A DNA stretch of 64,000 bases from the NCBI GenBank assembly GCA_038087875.1, contig JAXLNO010000627.1, positions 1 through 64,000 of the forward strand. The letters run 5' to 3'. Each line of letters begins with the position of its first letter. Within the stretch, counting starts at the first letter, position 1. A program made the translations under genes and the position numbers. Positions 62,900-64,000 of the stretch are shown one piece after another. Under the pieces are notes generated by a model. It saw nothing but the letters and a program-made list of their open reading frames with translations, did no database searches and was not told where the DNA came from. This DNA is from Malacoraja senta. Taxonomy: Eukaryota.

Positions 62900-63550
62900 A
62901 GCAGAGAGAGAGAGAGGGAGAGGGAGAGAGAGAGAGACAGAGACAGAGAGGGACGGGGGACGGGGGACGGGGCAGAGGTGGGTCCGGTCCGGAGTGGGAT
63001 GTGAGATGAGCGCTTGGCTGTGAGGTGAGGAGAGGTTGAGTGTGGGGAAGGGGATGGAATGGCAAAGGTGTGGGGGGGAGAAGGGGGTAAGGGGACGGGA
63101 GTGAGAAGAGGGATGGGGATGTGGGGTGAGAGGGAGGGGAGGTGAGGGGAGGGGAGGGGGTGAGAGGGAGAGAGGGAGGGGGAGGGGAGGGGAGGGGGTG
63201 AGAGGGAGAGAGGGAGGGGGTGGGGAGAGGGGGTGTAGATGAGGAGGGAATGGGTGGGGGAGCGGTGAGTGGGTGGAAGGAGGATGGGCAGTGAGTGAGT
63301 GAGGGGTGTGGGCAGGGTGGGAGGGCGTGGGGCTGGAGGGGAGGCTGGTCTGGGGAGCAGGGAGGGGGCAGAGGAGATAGCAAGGAAGGAAGGGTTATAG
63401 GAGTCGAGGGAGGGGGCAGGTGGATGGGCACAGGATCGTGGGGAGGGCAGAGGGGATGGTGAGGGTTTAGTACACGTGAGGCAGACGCAGAGGAGGAAGG
63501 GGATTTGAACTGGGGAGGGGGAAATAGGCAGGAGGGAGACATGGAGGGGG
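62900..63550. repeat. G/A-rich low-complexity tract
   Basis: Direct inspection. It explains the Pro-rich ORF 62892-63596. Confidence 0.9.
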
Positions 63551-63654
63551 TTGGAGCTGGGAGACGGAGCCAGGCCAGGGGGTGCAGACAGCCCAAGAGG
63601 TCATCTGTGTCTGGTTCAGTCTGCGGCGTCCTGTCTCAGTGTACAACACCTCGG

Positions 63655-63960
63655 GGACACCACACCTGCTGGGATATGTACAGTTCTGGCCACCCTGTTA
63701 TAGGAAGGGTGTCAGTAAACTGGAAAAGATGCAACATTGATTACCAGGATTGGAGGGTTTGAGTGAGAAGCAGAGGGTGGATAGGCTGGGATTGATTTCC
63801 ATGGAGTGAAGGAGGTGAGGGGATGACCTTATGTAGGTTTATAAAATCACAAGAGCACAGATCGGGTGAAGGGCACATTTTTTCCCAAGGTACAGGGTCT
63901 GAAACTAGGGTCTATAGGTTTAATGTGAGAGGGGAAAAATTAAAGGGAACTTGAGGTGCT
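63655..63960 (+). mobile_element. Old CR1 3' fragment
   Basis: gtacagttctggccaccctgttataggaag, ggataggctggga, gtttaatgtgagaggggaaa. Confidence 0.7.
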
Positions 63961-64000
63961 GCATGACTCCATTTTATTCCAACATCCATTAAAGTTCTAG

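Noticed and set aside
62892..63596. 234-aa Pro-rich ORF
   Set aside because: Low-complexity G/A tract.

Overview
Repeat-dense vertebrate DNA, most likely from a cartilaginous fish (skate or ray). This is inferred from HE1/HER1-type SINEs, abundant CR1 LINEs with (TAGAAACA)n tails, Penelope elements and a GPR139/142-like receptor family. The only host gene I can assemble is an intact two-exon rhodopsin-class GPCR on the minus strand: exon 1 at 13260-13329 (missed by the ORF track), a 10.4-kb intron and exon 2 at 1924-2822, giving 322 aa. A co-oriented, divergent pseudogenised paralog lies at 39152-40025. The rest is mostly transposable elements: many CR1, L2 and Rex1 LINE fragments, a Vingi-like LINE end, a Tx1-like end, Penelope elements, two head-to-head DIRS1-type tyrosine-recombinase retrotransposons with ITR/ICR termini (one retains RT-RNaseH-methyltransferase-like and YR coding), a complete IR/DR Tc1 transposon with only two nonsense codons, and a very young Mag-like Gypsy LTR element (LTRs differ at 1 of 210 positions, 5-bp TSD). 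Structures these annotations do not explain include a fold-back element built from two inverted THAP-domain exons, a TSD-flanked insertion carrying telomeric repeats around a CR1-like piece, a BEL/Pao fragment with a snap-back hairpin patched into a CR1, and two regularly spaced motif arrays (CCAAT every ~32 bp; ACGTCACGCCGTC every ~35 bp), each followed by a GA tract. I cannot establish a new biological system from sequence alone. Family names come from motif recognition without database searches, and boundaries of old repeats are approximate.
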